Counted from the whole stretch's first letter, positions 37,493 to 51,710 are shown. The stretch is DNA of 61,452 nt, filler included, from Choristocarpus tenellus KU-1152 (GCA_964200185.2; 8 parts of 8 records of this genome joined end to end with filler, not necessarily neighbours in it), one strand, 5' to 3'. Notes: generated by a model from the sequence alone, not told the origin. Made by a program: numbers and translations.

Positions 37493-38600
37493 CCTCTTCA
37501 CAAGGAACCCATTGGTGACCACCCCCCACCCTGATACTTCCTGAGGGAAGGTATCATTTTGTCAAGTGTACAGATGTTAATGGTTGGTAGAATAGTAGTG
37601 CACTTTTTGCCACACGCCTCATTATTGCAGGGAATCGTGATACTATTAATGCTCTATGTAATATAACACATCCTATCCATAGTACTGACTTTCTTTGTTA
37701 GGGAGTCTGGGTGTTGTTGGAAGACCTCCTTGGCAAGGAGCAGGTCCCTCCACACCCAGGAGTCGTAAGATCCAATTGTTGAGCAACCTCTGCCTTCACT
37801 ACACTAAAGCACAGAGTTTGGGAGGGAAGCATGTCGTGTATTGTAGCCTGTATCATTCATTAGGGCTCAAGTCCGGTTGCTTAACCATCCCTACGTTATC
37901 CAGAACAGGTGGGGGGTCAGGTGTGATTCCTCTAGGACCTCGACTATCTCCTGTTGATTGTTTACCTAGTCATTGCTGATGATTGAGCCAAGGTGCATCA
38001 CATGTATTTACGTCATCAAATGGGAGGCGTGTTCTGTTGGATCTCCACCTTACTTGCTGCCTCGTCATGTTTGAGAATAGACCGAAATCGACAAATAATA
38101 TAGTTGGTTATTGGGGTGGTTATAAAACGGGGATGGCAATTTTGAGGTAGCCGTTTCGTTTCAGAGTTGAAGAGAAGAGGCTAGGGGCAGGAAAGAAAAT
38201 TGACCAACTGAATACAGGAGACACCTTGAAGCCAACAAGGGAAGGGAAGCGATTGTCACGATCAGCATCCCTGGAATTTTTATGAAGAATAAACATTAGG
38301 TCCCGTCTGGCTTGTTGATATCTCGTGGACAAGCTTTATTTTGACCCTCATTCCTAGAGAACGATCACGTTCCTTCTTGAAGAAGGATGGGAGAGCCCAT
38401 GAAAGCTTGAGAAGGGTCAGAACTACATAGTTGGGACCCGGGGTGCTTCAAAGAATGAGAAAGGGCTGGTGATTTTGTGGCTCTTACTTCATTGAGTGCA
38501 CCACCTTGTGCTGAAGTGGTCTTGACACAAACCTTTAAGAAGGGCTGAGCTCTCGTGTGACGCGGTTGTATACAAAGAGGCTGCCCCAAAAGGTCTTCCG

Positions 38601-40752
38601 ATGACGTTGCTGGCCCCCCATGCTGTCGACTTTGACGATATATGGGGCCTTTTGGAGTCTTCCCTGATCAAAATTCTCCAGGACCTGGGACAGGGCTTCC
38701 CGAATGATCTATGGATGACGCTCTACACAGGGGTGTACAAGTTGTGCACAAAGCCGATGGATCCTCAGCACAGCAAGCTTTACGCCAAACTCAAGGTTAG
38801 ATAAATAGGAAAGGATCGACGAAGACTCAATATCAGTAATCGTGGTGACGACATCTTCCCCAGAGCATGCAAGAGCTGCCCATACCATGTGTCATCTCTG
38901 TACAAGCCATGATTCGCACTAGAACACGCGAAGGGTTGATAATAGAAGATATTGGAGGAGAAAATATCCAGAACATGCGAACCCTAAATAATTATACCAT
39001 ATTTCCGACCCTTGAGGTTTAGAAGATGTACAATGCTTCAGCTAGCAATAATAACTTGTGTAATAGATAATCAGCCCAGCCTATTCACGACTGCATCTTC
39101 ACCTCCTTTCCCAGTTACCCACTCGTGCTCAGGGCTCCCCAGGTCCAGCTCGAGCCTCTTTTTTCTCGTGCCTTGTATCTCCCTCGCCCTCCAGTCCCTG
39201 CCTTCAGCGAAATAGCACTATCTCCTGATTTTGGCACTAATGATTCCACTTCCTAACACAATCGTTCTCCCCCCTAGGACATGCTTGAGATGTACGTGGC
39301 TGGGGTGCTAAAGGGCCTCCTTACGTTTGACAATGCCACCAACCGGTCCTCGACAGACCTTCTAGTGAGATACAGAATAGCCTTCACCAACTACTCTACC
39401 GGTATGAGGTATGGGGCAGAGCTCTTCATGTACCTGGATAGGCACTGGATTAATACCAATCACTGTGAGACTGGCCGATCACCAAAGGACGGGGTGAGTT
39501 GTGGCAGTTTGAATGAAATTGTAGTTGAATGAAACTGTAGTTGAATGAAACTGTAGTTGAATGGGCATTATTGTCGCATGAGATAAAATACTACAGTTAG
39601 ATGAAAGACAAAGCGAAATTATGGGGGTCTATCATCAGGGTACTATCCATTGTGGGAAGCAGTGAGAGATGAGTTATATGGATGAGGTAGATGGTTAGGG
39701 TTAGGTCCGGGAAGGAGGGAGACTAGGAAGGAGAAACATGGAGAAAATACATGGGGAAAGGGGCATTCAGGGCTGAATGTAATTCTATGCAAAGCATGGT
39801 TCAGAAAGCATGGCTACAGATACAGAAATGAGATGGATGAGAGAAGCATCTGTGGTTCAGGGGTAGCACCTTTTGAACATCTTTTTATTGAACACGGTGA
39901 AGGCACGCAGGTCCAGTCCCCATTGTGTGCACTTGATCCTTCTTGTTAGGCAAGTGATCTCAATCGCTGAGTCACGAAAATCAGTAAGAAAAGGACAGGA
40001 CCGGAAGGGGGTTAAGGGGTTTCTGTAGTGCGTGCACCTTGGGGGGTACTAGTGTGTCTTCTATTCGAACAGATTTCTTTTTTTTTGTTTTTGACCAGGT
40101 TGGCAGGGCAGGGGAGAGTGAGAGTGAAGGTTTGATTTTTTTTCACTTGGTGGCAGTTTTGCAGCATTCGATTCCATTGATTTTCCTTGCTCCTCTTCCT
40201 TCATGGCATCAATGGCCATTGCTCTCAGTACCGACCACTTCTCATCCACCCCCGCAGAGCACATTTTCCCAACTGACTCAAACTTGATCAACCCCCCAAA
40301 CCGTATCAGAATACTCGATGTCGTAATTGTAATAAAACATGTCGCCATGATCGCAAGGAATCTAATCATTTTATTTATTTTTGCTATGGTAGGCACCTCC
40401 GTCGACAAACATGCCTTTCCTCCTTCCTCTCCCCACATCCCCCCTGGTATTTCTGTTATCGTTTTTGTTATCATTTTTGTTATCATTTTTGTTATCATTT
40501 TTGTGAAGATTTTTGTTAATAAATATTTTTGTTATCGTCTTTGTTACTACTTTTGTTAACATTTTTGTTTGTTATTTTTGTTTCTTAGGTGTACTATGTG
40601 TATGAGATGTCGCTCATGGTGTGGAAGAGCCGCGTGTTTGACTCTCTCAAGGCACGTCTCCGACACAACACCATTCGCGTCATTAACGCCGCTAGGGAGA
40701 GGAACCTGCCCTCTCTTGACGACAATGATGCTGTCAAGTCTCTGCTGCAGAC
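38601..40752 (+). CDS. CUL1: Cullin (CUL1-like) N-terminal repeats, 5' part. Exons 38601-38795, 39278-39493, 40589-40752; a further small exon probably lies near 41861-41881
   Basis: VDFDDIWGLLE...WMTLYTGVYKLCT...LYAKLK-DMLEMYV...LLVRY...FTNY...LFMYLDRHWI...G-VYYVYEMSLMVWKSRVF...INAARE. The cullin call is firm; the subfamily is less certain. Confidence 0.88.
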
Positions 40753-40808
40753 GTGGGTTGTCACATATTTTATTTTTTGAGCTGGGTGTTATGTTATGTT
40801 CATTTTGA

Positions 40809-40843
<35 letters not shown>

Positions 40844-41880
40844 TACACCTACCTGCTCACAGAAACTGTAGTTGAGATAAGAGAAACGTGGGTGTTAATA
40901 CCTTGCTTGCTTGTGTGTGCATGTGTGTGGTGGGGGCACCCTTCTGCTGTTGTGGATGGATAGCTATGAGACACTGGGGTTTGAGAAGCGAGACCGTAGC
41001 CACCTCTTTCAGAAGGAACTGGAGGATTTCCTTGTGCTCGACACTGGAAAATACTACAGGTGAGTTTGTTCGTGTAAGGAGGGTTCTGGAGCTGGCTACT
41101 GGGCTCCAAGTATTGCTTTTGAAGCGGTTTATCTCGAGGTGTGCACCACGCACCTGTGTGGAGGGGTCAGGGCCGGGGCAGTGGGACTTGATCGAGACAC
41201 CCGTTTTTCCTAACACGGATGAGTTTGTTTTTTTTTTAGTTTTTTTTTGCAGGAAATATTTTTATTTTTACTTTTTACAACGGTTACGGGAGAGGGTGGC
41301 ATGTGTTTGTTCGTATGTGGGAGAGGCGTCGGTCTTGATTTATAGTAAAGTGGCTTCTGAGGGGTGTAATATTCAAGTGCGATCGATTGGGAGGTTTTCT
41401 GTTTGGTTAAGGGATAGAAAAAACAAACTTATGAGCGAGGGCTTTTTTTTTCTTATTATTATTTTTTTTCTAATCAGACCGAAAGTGAAGAGTTGGTCAA
41501 AGATGACACGTACAAGAAGAGATGAGGGATGATTGCTACTGGTGTAGCCCCCAAGGTGCTTGTATTGCTTGTATTTGCTTGTATTTCTCTTAATGCTTGT
41601 GTTGCTCTTATTGCTTGTGTTGCTTGTATTTCTCTTATTACTTGTACTACTCTTATCACTTGTATTGCTTGTATTGCTTGTATGGTAAAATAAACTGTAC
41701 CGTTTGAAGACCAACTGTTGTGCCCGTGTTGAATTAGAGCAAAAACAGATATTTTTCTTGGTGGGGATCTGTTTATATGAAGCCCTTGGGATGCTCTTTG
41801 TATTCAGCTCTTCCCCTCCCCCCCCCTCCCCCCGCGGTTTCTCCTAGCAGTCTATTGTAGGCGTATTACGAGATTGGGAT

Positions 41881-41980
41881 TGTATGTATCACTTACGTAT
41901 GTTTATGTGTATGTATCACTTACGTATACATATGTGTATGTATCACTTACGTATGTATATGTGTATGTATCACTTATGTG
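41881..41980 (+). repeat. 24-bp tandem repeat (TGTATGTATCACTTACGTATGTAT-like) x4. Other short arrays at 3057-3100, 39507-39562, 40455-40580, 41555-41680
   Basis: Directly visible. Confidence 0.85.
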
Positions 41981-44766
41981 TGCGTGTGTGTGTCCTTGTC
42001 ATTGCTGTTGTCAAGAGTGACTAAATGCTGTGTATTTATTGCGGCCTATGCTTTTTCCACTGTGCAGTTACTATAGGGTGTCGGGGAGATGCAGCAGGTT
42101 AACAGTCATACCCTCTTCTCCCTAACCCTCTAAATGTGATATCGAGATGAATTTTGCTGTATTTTTCATAGAGAGATGGACAGGCATTCACCACCTAAGA
42201 ATTTTTTCCCTTTCTTTTTCGACCCTTCTCTTCTGTTTATTTTATTCTTTCTCAAAATCAGTTACGTTCTCCGTCCTAGCCCCCCCCCCCTTCCCTAAAA
42301 CTATCATACAAGCAACGTGTCCAACATGTATCCTACAAAAGCTCCCCCCTGCCCCCTCCCCCTCCCACGTACCATTGTGCCTCTTGTCTTCTGTACATCC
42401 AGTCGAAGAGGGAGTGACCTGTTGCAGCACATGTCTGTTCCGAGGTACCTGGAGGTTGTTGAAGGCATTCTGCAGGCAAGACACTATACGCAAAGATTTT
42501 TTTTTTTATATTGCAACATGAATTGGAGTCTCCCCCCCTCCCCCCGAGTGACTGCTTCTTTTTTTTCTTTTTCTTTTTTTTTGGGGGGGGGACTTTTTTG
42601 AGCACCTCTTTTTACCTCTTTGTTTGCTCACATTTCCTAGACGCATGAGTCTGTTTTTTTCCCCCTTAAAAATGGTCAATGTGCTCTGGGTAAACATCTC
42701 GTCTAGGTGGGGGGGTTAGTAGTCCCTGCTGGGGTGTGTGGGGCAGGATAGTTTTTTCACCTATGACAAGGAAAAAAAAAAAACTGGGCTACAANNNNNN
42801 NNNNNNNNNNNNNNNNNNNNNNNNNNNNNNNNNNNNNNTTAATTAATTAANNNNNNNNNNNNNNNNNNNNNNNNNNNNNNNNNNNNNNNNNNNNATCTGG
42901 ATGTCAAACCCCAAATGGACAAACAGGACAAAATTCGTACCCTCTAAGATACTTTGGCTCAACTACTGTATGAGAACGTAAACAGAAAAAGATCAATATT
43001 TTTAAGCATCACAGGTGCAACCCATACAACCCCTCACTTCCACACGTATCACATAAGAAAAGCACCATGGCCACACAGGCTCACTGTGTATGCACCAACA
43101 ACGTTCAGATGTGTTCACCATCTCTCTTATCAGTACAGTTATTTGTCAAATTAGGATGCCACAACTCTTGAAGAATGGGAGCTATCAAAATCCCTTCACC
43201 TGCCGCATACTTGAACCCTTGTCAATCCATTCACAAGTGCTTGCAAGGTATTTCCATTCTTCAATTGTGTCCATGATTGAGTAACAGTTGGATATCTCAG
43301 GGCTAAGGTATGATGAAGGTGAGGAAGGTGTGGCTGTTCAGTGCCGTAGGTTCAATCACTTGCTTGCCTTCACCCACTCCTGTGATGGGGTAAAGTGGTA
43401 AGAATGGTACATAATTATTCAACACTTCAAGCAATAGGGCTCACTACAACCGTGAAGAGGTGTTGTATACCAGGGGGGCAAGCTACTTCCCACCTCATTG
43501 TTGTCAAATCGGAAAACAATATTTCCCTCTGTGTCTCTCAGTTTCACTGCCACAAGGGCGCCTGTTTCTCTCAACACCTTGGGGAAGTGTGATGGTGCGG
43601 CAGGAATATCATTGTAAACATGGGCCAAGATAATGCAAAATAGGAATGCATGCATACAGCACAACAGTTTTAGTCAGGGAAGGACGTCAAGTGTAAGAGG
43701 AGCTTCCAAGAAGGAGGGGATGCTGAAATAGTTACACTGATCGTTATTGACATCATAGCACCGATTTGAAAAGGGATCTCCACGCATGGTTGGAAAGACC
43801 ACAGTAGACACAGCGGTATTTTGTGGTTGAAGTTGTGGTTAAAGATGTGGCTACAGTTAGGAAACGTGTCCACGGTCGGCCAATACGGCAACCATACTGT
43901 CGGAAACCTGTCCTGTACCGTTGGTGAGCGTGGAAACATCAGAAAACCGCGCATAACCGCCAGAATTTCCAAGGGTACTTTTTACCGTACGATATCTCAC
44001 CATTCTGTACTGTTCAGACACATTCAACTAAAATATCCACAATGTCGAGTTGGTCTAATACCATGAAAGCAAATAATAATTATTGTGCAGTAAATACTAT
44101 ATAATTATTATGCCCTCTGACATTTTGCTGATATGTCAGGGATAAAGCCAATTCAATATCATAAGGGATCCCTGATATGTATAATCTTGTTTATATATAT
44201 GTTTTTGGAGTACTACTGCACCACCGTACCGCCCGAAATTTCTTCCTCAACAATTCCTTTCTTGCCTTGGAACAGTCAACCGCAACTGTATTTGGTACCA
44301 TATTGACATATCTCATAGTAATATATACTGTTACAGGGCTATACTGTAAGGCCAATCTTCACCTCAGGCAACCAACCATAAGGTGAAAGTGCAAGCGTGT
44401 AGATCCCTGAACTTTATTAAGTTAGTTGAGTTGGTACTTCAGTAATGACAATAATGGAACATCTCGAAATCTTTGGAAGAGAAGTATATCGAATCCAGAA
44501 ACAACTACATTTGAATACAATTGCCCCGGGGTGGAGGTCAACATATCCATAAACTATTTTGTTCTTCAACTATCAACAAAATCTGAGTTGGAAAAAAAAA
44601 GTCAATGAAAATCTAACATATCGAACAATTGTAAATATGTCTTGACGCATCCACGTTACACAGCTAAAAACACCAGATTGTAACACAAATTTAATGCTAT
44701 AGTTGCAATGGCTATATTCCCAGTGACATCTGGGATATGTACATTTCTGTAGTTGTATCTTGTTTA

Positions 44767-45023
44767 AAGTCAAAGTATCTTAGAGGGTAGAGCCACCTCC
44801 ATTTAGGAGCCAAAATCCAATGTTGCAATTTTGATGTAATTTTGGCAATCATGTTTGTTAGGAGATGTCAATATCCTTTTTCCGAACACACCTTTTCATA
44901 AAGTATACATTTTACATACTCTGAAACATTTTGGAGTAGATAAATGTAATAAAAAACTGAGGGGAGCCAAGCCCCAAATGGACAAACAGGGAAAAACTCG
45001 TACCCTCTAAGATACTTTCACTC
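44767..45023 (-). mobile_element. MITE family B, in a tyrosinase intron
   Basis: AAGTCAAAGTATCTTAGAGGG ... CCCTCTAAGATACTTTCACTC. Confidence 0.85.
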
Positions 45024-45488
45024 TTTCCTACTGCGCTAATGACCACTCAGCAGGTAACAGCACCAACAATTTTATCTGACTAGCCCTAACCCTCGCCTCG
45101 TAAGGTGACATGTCCCCAATAGCTTCCTTATCGCAGGCACAGCGGCAACTCTTCCAAGGTGTGTCTCCGGAACAATGATCTGGGCACTTCATGATGTCAA
45201 CTCTCCACAGGATCTTGCTAAGTGCCTAAAGTGGATATTGATGTGATAACACCATTTGTATGAGATCAAGGAGCGGGCAGTACAGGCGAAGTTGGATAGC
45301 AGAGTTATCTTCCGCACTTGCGGCTAGTTTCCTCCTCAGCTGTTATAGAAACAAACGCAAGGAGATTACTGTTGCAATCAAATCAAGATCAAGGCTTGCA
45401 ATGTGCTCCAGAGACCTCTCGGCAGTACTACAGTACCCATATACTTCAAAGTAATGGAGTAATATTTTGATTCAGACCTGAGCCCACC

Positions 45489-45670
45489 GGCTCGAAGTAT
45501 CTGGAGGGGAGGGGTGTCCATTTGGGGTCAGTTTTTTCATGTCGCGATTTAGTATGATTTGGTTGCATACATCAGATGGATAATGTAAGTGCACTTTTCC
45601 TGGTCATGGTCCAAATGGACACCCTGGTGTAGACCCACCCCCCCCCCCCCCCCCACAGATACTTTGGGTC
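45489..45670 (-). mobile_element. MITE family A, in a tyrosinase intron
   Basis: GGCTCGAAGTATCTGG ... CAGATACTTTGGGTC. Confidence 0.85.
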
Positions 45671-48161
45671 ACTTCTTTGAAAGAACAATAAAAAAAACAT
45701 TCACTGCAATATGCATGAGTAGCATCAAGTACAACACTTCAGCACAGACTTATTAACATCAGCTATCCAGGTAGTGCAAGCCTAGGACCAGTTAAGGGGG
45801 GACATGTGGGAAGTGGGGTATAACAAGAACAAAACTATTCACATATATTTGGATCTGACCACTGTAACAATTTTGTTAAACCACATTTTCGTGTGAAGAA
45901 TATATATTTTTCAAATACTTCGCAAGAGGAAAAATTGCACCTTGCACATGAATCTCAGAGGTCTTTGAAAATCAGGGAGATTTTCGTAGGGTGCATTATA
46001 AGGAGTCCATTGAACTACATAATATTTACGCCAAAAATATTACACGATAGTATTTACCTTTCCATAAGAGGCAAGCAAATATCAGTACAGTGATTGTATT
46101 CGATGTCACAGAACGCACATGCATATTTCTACACATCCAATAACAATCTAATACCTGTGTTTACTAAGTCTCACCTCTATTTCATGTGAGTAGATCATGT
46201 AACTAACGGTCTGCTTCTGCCTGTACTCCTGGTCGTGGTGATTCCAAGATCCCCCCATGAACTCGTGGATGTGGCCGTGAGCATCCCCATTCAACTGTAT
46301 ACTCAGAGTCATCCTACAATTCAATACCACAGCACACCCATACGAGCAGATCCAACAGCAATGCAAGAGAGGGGGTTAGAGTCCGACGAAGGGCAAAAAC
46401 GTGGGACTCGAATGAGCAGAGGATATTGGAGAGAGTGGGGTAGAGTACCTCAAATGGAGATGTGCGTTAGGTCAAAGGAAACCAGGGAAGCAAATAGGGC
46501 TGCAGTTTAGTCTGTGCTATGGTACATGTCAACATTCATTTTATTTTGCTTGTGTTAGTAATAACAGTACAACTCATACTGCCATACTGGCCGGCATCCC
46601 CCTTGAATATACCCTCTGGCAATTTCTAATTTCCGAGGGAGATCGGCAGCCCCTTTTTTCTGGAGCATGATTCAAATACCTAGCGGTAGGTAGGCTTTGG
46701 CGAAGATGGGATGGAAAGGGCATCAAAGTTGATTCCAACCCCAGCCGGGCACGATAATCCTCATGGACAGCTAAAGCAATGGTAGCTTTCTATGTTTTTA
46801 TATCACTGCTTTCACATCGAACAATTGCACATGCAAATACGCACTTTCTTTTTTTTAATTACAATTGCACCCTGCTTGTTTGGTTCCTCTTAGCTAAACT
46901 AGGCCCTCACCCTACACCCACCCTCATACGGTGCAAAGCACAGATGTAATCGACAATGAGGAGCATTGGACTTCACTGCTCCGTGTATGTATCCTTTAGG
47001 TTCAATGGAGAACAGAATGGTCGGTGTACGAGAGCAGCAAACAGAGGAACACATGTACCATACATAAATCCCGATACAATTTGCGAATATTCCGTTGTGC
47101 TTTATTCTACTCCAGAGTGTATAGTGAAGTAAGGAAATAGGAAAACCAAAGCAGAAGCTAGAGTGCTAGTCAAAGAAAGTGCAGTGTCAGTAATAGCCTT
47201 GAAAAGTACAACACAACGATGATTTGCTCCAACTGCAGTAAGCCAAAGCCACCTCGAAGCATTAAGATTCAAAGATGTGTAATATAAATACAATATACAC
47301 TTATCCCATGCTGTAACACACTAAATATCTACTACTAACCCTGGCCCAATCCACGCCTTTTCATGGAGTGGTTCCCGCAGCACAAACACAAAGGTCAGTG
47401 AGGGCAGCACAAATGCGTCAGAGATTGATGTGTTGGTTCTACAACTTTCCTGCCCAGAGTTCTCATCCAACCATGTGCCTACCGGCAGTGTCGCCTAAGC
47501 AACGGCTTGACATACGTTTGGAGATTCATACATTTACATCTCTGCACAGACTGAGGTGTGGTTTGTGGATTATAGAGTACAGTTAGCTGTTCAATAATCA
47601 TAGCACATTAATATATTTTTTCTACATCAAGGCAAAATATTGGTCACATCACATTGGTGTCATGAAATCGCAATATCAATGGTCCCATAGAGTGGGCGTG
47701 GGGGTCAGTTGTAACAGAAGCTTTTTTTCCTTTGCGTCAGGAGCCTGCACAACCCCTCCCCCTTCTCCTTCCACCACTAAATATTGCATCTCTGCATGGT
47801 CTCCTCCTCCATCGTCCACACAATATACCCTTCTGAAAGGTCTTGCCCTCAAATGATCTCCACCCTTGAGTCAAGCCAACTGAGAGGTTGGCAGGGTTGC
47901 ATTTTAAGGATCCCGAGAAAGACCAAAAATATTACATTTTTACAATAATTGCTGAAACAACCCTCGCTGAATTGTGGTGTTGCGTTGTGCATGGATGAGG
48001 GGAATATCAATATTGTCTACATTAATGTGCACACAAAGCAATGAAATAGAGTGTATCACATAAGATGAGAAAAACGGCTTAGAATACAAAGAGGGTCCAA
48101 ACTGCCTGCCTCTCAATTGGTTTTGACTCCCCGGCCTCCACCTATTCCTCTCTTACCTTAT

Positions 48162-48429
48162 GAGCCAAAGCATTTAGGAGGGTACGAGTTTTGCCTTGTT
48201 TGTCTGTTTGGGGCTTGGCTTCCCATGGGTTTTTATGCCCTCTTCCGGTTTTCTGTATGAACACAGTTACTTACTCCGAAACATTTCGGAGTATGACTAT
48301 GAAGGGTGTCTCCGGAGAAAGGGTGTTGACACTCGCTAACAATCACGATAATCAAAATTAATCAAAATTGCAACATTGAATTTTGGACCCAAAACGGATG
48401 CGGCCCTACCCTCTCAAATGCTCTGACTC
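48162..48429 (+). mobile_element. MITE family B, diverged
   Basis: GAGCCAAAGCATTTAGGAGGG ... CCCTCTCAAATGCTCTGACTC; the interior matches the other B copies. Confidence 0.8.
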
Positions 48430-51400
48430 TTACACGATACAAGGTAACCCCTCATGGACACTAGCAACTCACCATTCGGAATACTGGGAGACATTGTAGT
48501 ATGTTTCACAACCTGAAGGCTTTTGGTTGTTGTAGTAACCATAGACGTAGTTGTGACGGGTGACAAACGGAGTGGGGTCGGAATTCCAGGCAGATTTCAA
48601 CTGGCCATAGGAGTTGGTAGTCGCTGAATATTCCCTGGCATTTATCATCACTGGAATGTAGGCAAATCGTCCCCGCAGTGGGGTGTGAAGGGTCTGTCAG
48701 CCACATCCAGGGGGGGAGGCAAAGACAGGAGAGGACGTGAACAACTTGTGGAGAGCAATGAAGAGGTTGGCCAGAGAGATTGCAGTAAAGTGCAGAGGGG
48801 GTGGAGTGGAGGGCATTACAAAATAAAATGTATGAAACAAAAAGGTTATCTGACTTTTGTGTCCATTGCAAGTCGATCTCGATATCTACCTTGATTCCAT
48901 CGCCAAAATTCAGAGGAGTATATAGTGAGCGAGCACAAAGTAAATTACTCTATCACAAGTGCTGTGAAACAGAAGACTTCAAAACACCACAAAGTACAAA
49001 CCGTAAGCACTCACTATAAACTTACGCCGTCTTATCGGCTGTTGATATCAACTCTGTAGCTACCTGTACAACAATGTGTACTTGATTGTTTTCATAGTCA
49101 TTTCCCACACAAGAACCAAGTACTACTGTAGCACTCCATGCACCATCGCTTTGATAGATGGGAATAATTCAAACGGGAATAACTCAAATCCTGAGCATGT
49201 AATATTCATTCCTTGTTCATCGTTTGCCCATATGTATCACGCTTGATATAATCAACAGAGTAGGAGTTAGAGACAAAATGAGGGTGGCACAACTAAATAA
49301 ACACCAAAACTACCCTCCTCTGTCCACAGATCCAGGTTTGCGAAGAGTATTGATACTGTTAGTGACCCTTTCACTAGAGGGTATCAGCAAAAACGGAAAT
49401 TGTAAGTAAATTCAACCAGACAAAATGCTTGGAAGATAACAGTCTCTGCACTCTTCATGGGTCCTCTGTGAATCACCTCATTCGCCACAAGGAAACAATG
49501 TATGGTTGACCGTTAAATTGCCCTACTGTACCAAATCCGGACATGGAAGACTGCTATGCTCTACGCAAGGACCGTTCTTTCATAGGAGAAAAAGTCGTGT
49601 TGCATTTTCATATTTTAGCAACAATAAACAAAAATACTAAATGTACTAACATCTTACTAAAAATATCAAGATGATATTTAATTCATGGAATGTAAGTAGC
49701 ATTTTTCTTGCTAAGAGGGACAAACCTAGTCCTAAACCTAGACCTAATAAGCCTTGTGAGAAGAGGAAGGAAAATATAAAATATCGGAAAGGATAAGTGG
49801 AGGGGGGTGGCTAGGGTAGGAAGGGGGGGTAGAAATTGGAACGATTGAAAACAAAATGCAGTAAATGGCATCAACAACGAAAATCAGATAAGGGACGCAA
49901 AAGGTTGAAGTGCTGTGGATCAAGGTGACCAGGAAGTCGCAATGCTTTAACACAAGCTCCTTTAAATCGTGAGTGGACAGTCTATTCACCGCAACAATAC
50001 AGACCAGATGATAGCAGGGTTGAAATAGGACAGGGAAAGGGAGATGAGGTGCCAAAATACGATACACCAAAGAAGGGATAGCAGGGATGATACACACAGT
50101 AGACAGGCTCTGTGTCAAAGGTACTGATACCCTAGGCGTGAAGGCCTAAAAGGCAACCCAAACAAGACATTCCAAGTTATAGAAAGAAGTACTACTCAGT
50201 GGTGCATTGCTTTTTGTTCTCTACTCTCTCTCAAACACCTTGCCACTTCTACCCTAGCCCTTCTGCGCTCCCTATATGGCGCTCCCAAACCAATCATCGG
50301 AAAACACTCCACTGTCTCTCCAGTCTCTCAGACCGTACTCTGCGCTTTCGATGGTGAAGTCCCAGTACGGGACCGATACCATAGGGTTTACCGCCTGCAG
50401 GGCACGCTCAAACTCCAGTGTCAATGCCATGTGTGATGTGACAAAGCCAGGATGGCCATGCCAATGGTCACAGTCCTTCCACCCGCCTGAGAAGAACAGA
50501 ACCAGGCATAGATAGCAAACAAAGGAAAAAATATACCGGAGTAGAGTAAGACAGGGAGGAAGGATGGTGGAGCTCTCCACTGTGAGCTAAAGTAGCCCAA
50601 GTGGCTGGTTATAGAGCTGTGCCCCAGTCAAAAACAGTTTGGGAGCGTGCACAAGGAAGCATAGGAAGATTGTTGATTTCAACGTTGATACAAATCCACT
50701 CACTTTCAAGAACATCGTTTGGGGCATGAATAGGAGCAAAGGGAACCGTGAGACAAGATACTTTTATGGCAGTCAGGGAAACGTTAAGTCCACTCTGAAG
50801 AATCTGACCTAGCATATTTGATTTGAGGTCATATTTCACCCCTTCCAATAGTTCAGAATCATTCCCTCAATGTACTATCATCATTCAACCCATACAGATT
50901 GTGAAAAATTGCAGAGTGGACCGTTTGTCTCAAAGATCAGGTGCTACCACGACGTTTATGGAGAGGTGCTTCTGGACCCTCTGGAATTGGCCTCACCTCA
51001 ATATGTTGACAGACACATCGGCACCCGCCCTAACTGCCACTTTAATTTCGTGTTACAAGGTTCAAGATTCAAAACCAATTTTCTTTTTAGCAATATGTGT
51101 ACCTTTGTTCGTGTATGCTGTGGGGAAGTTTCACATACCATCTGCCTTACCTATGTGGCGTTCATTCAGCGATACAAAACTCAAATATATCGTGCATCCC
51201 AGGAGGATAATCAGACAATAATTGAGGCAACACAGCATTAGGACCTCTTGCTATTTTAAGAACCCGATGCATGTGAATTCAAGTGTTACAACACGCTCCA
51301 TAACTCACCTCCACAGGATATGCAACCAAAATCCAATGACCTTAAAATGGCGCTATAGGGACGTTGCCTTTAGGAACGGTTTCTTGGGTGTCAGACAATC

Positions 51401-51451
51401 TTCTCTCAATGCTTCACTTCAGTGCCTAGCTCAAAGCTTGACTTAATGTTT

Positions 51452-51710
51452 GAGTGAAAGTATCTTGGAGGGTACGAGTTTTTCCCAGTTTGTCCATTTG
51501 GGGCTTGGCTTCCCACAGGTTTTTAATGACATTTTCCTACTCCAAAATGTTTCGGAGTAGGAAAAAATGTATAGCTTATGAAAAGCTGTGTCTGGAACAA
51601 GGATATTGACACTTCCTAACAAACACGATAGCCAAAATTTCATCAAAATCGCAACATTGGGTTTTGACCCCCAAATGGACACAGTGCTACCCTCTAAGAT
51701 ACTTGGACTC
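51452..51710 (+). mobile_element. MITE family B
   Basis: GAGTGAAAGTATCTTGGAGGG ... CCCTCTAAGATACTTGGACTC. Confidence 0.85.

Noticed and set aside
35580-38590. Possible minus-strand gene divergent from the cullin
   Set aside because: Several exon-like segments, but no consistent frame or recognisable protein could be assembled.
47640-47860. Gypsy integrase-like remnants (LLQLTPTPTLWDH..DFMT; also IHDVFH near 55900)
   Set aside because: Motifs are too short and decayed to support without a search.
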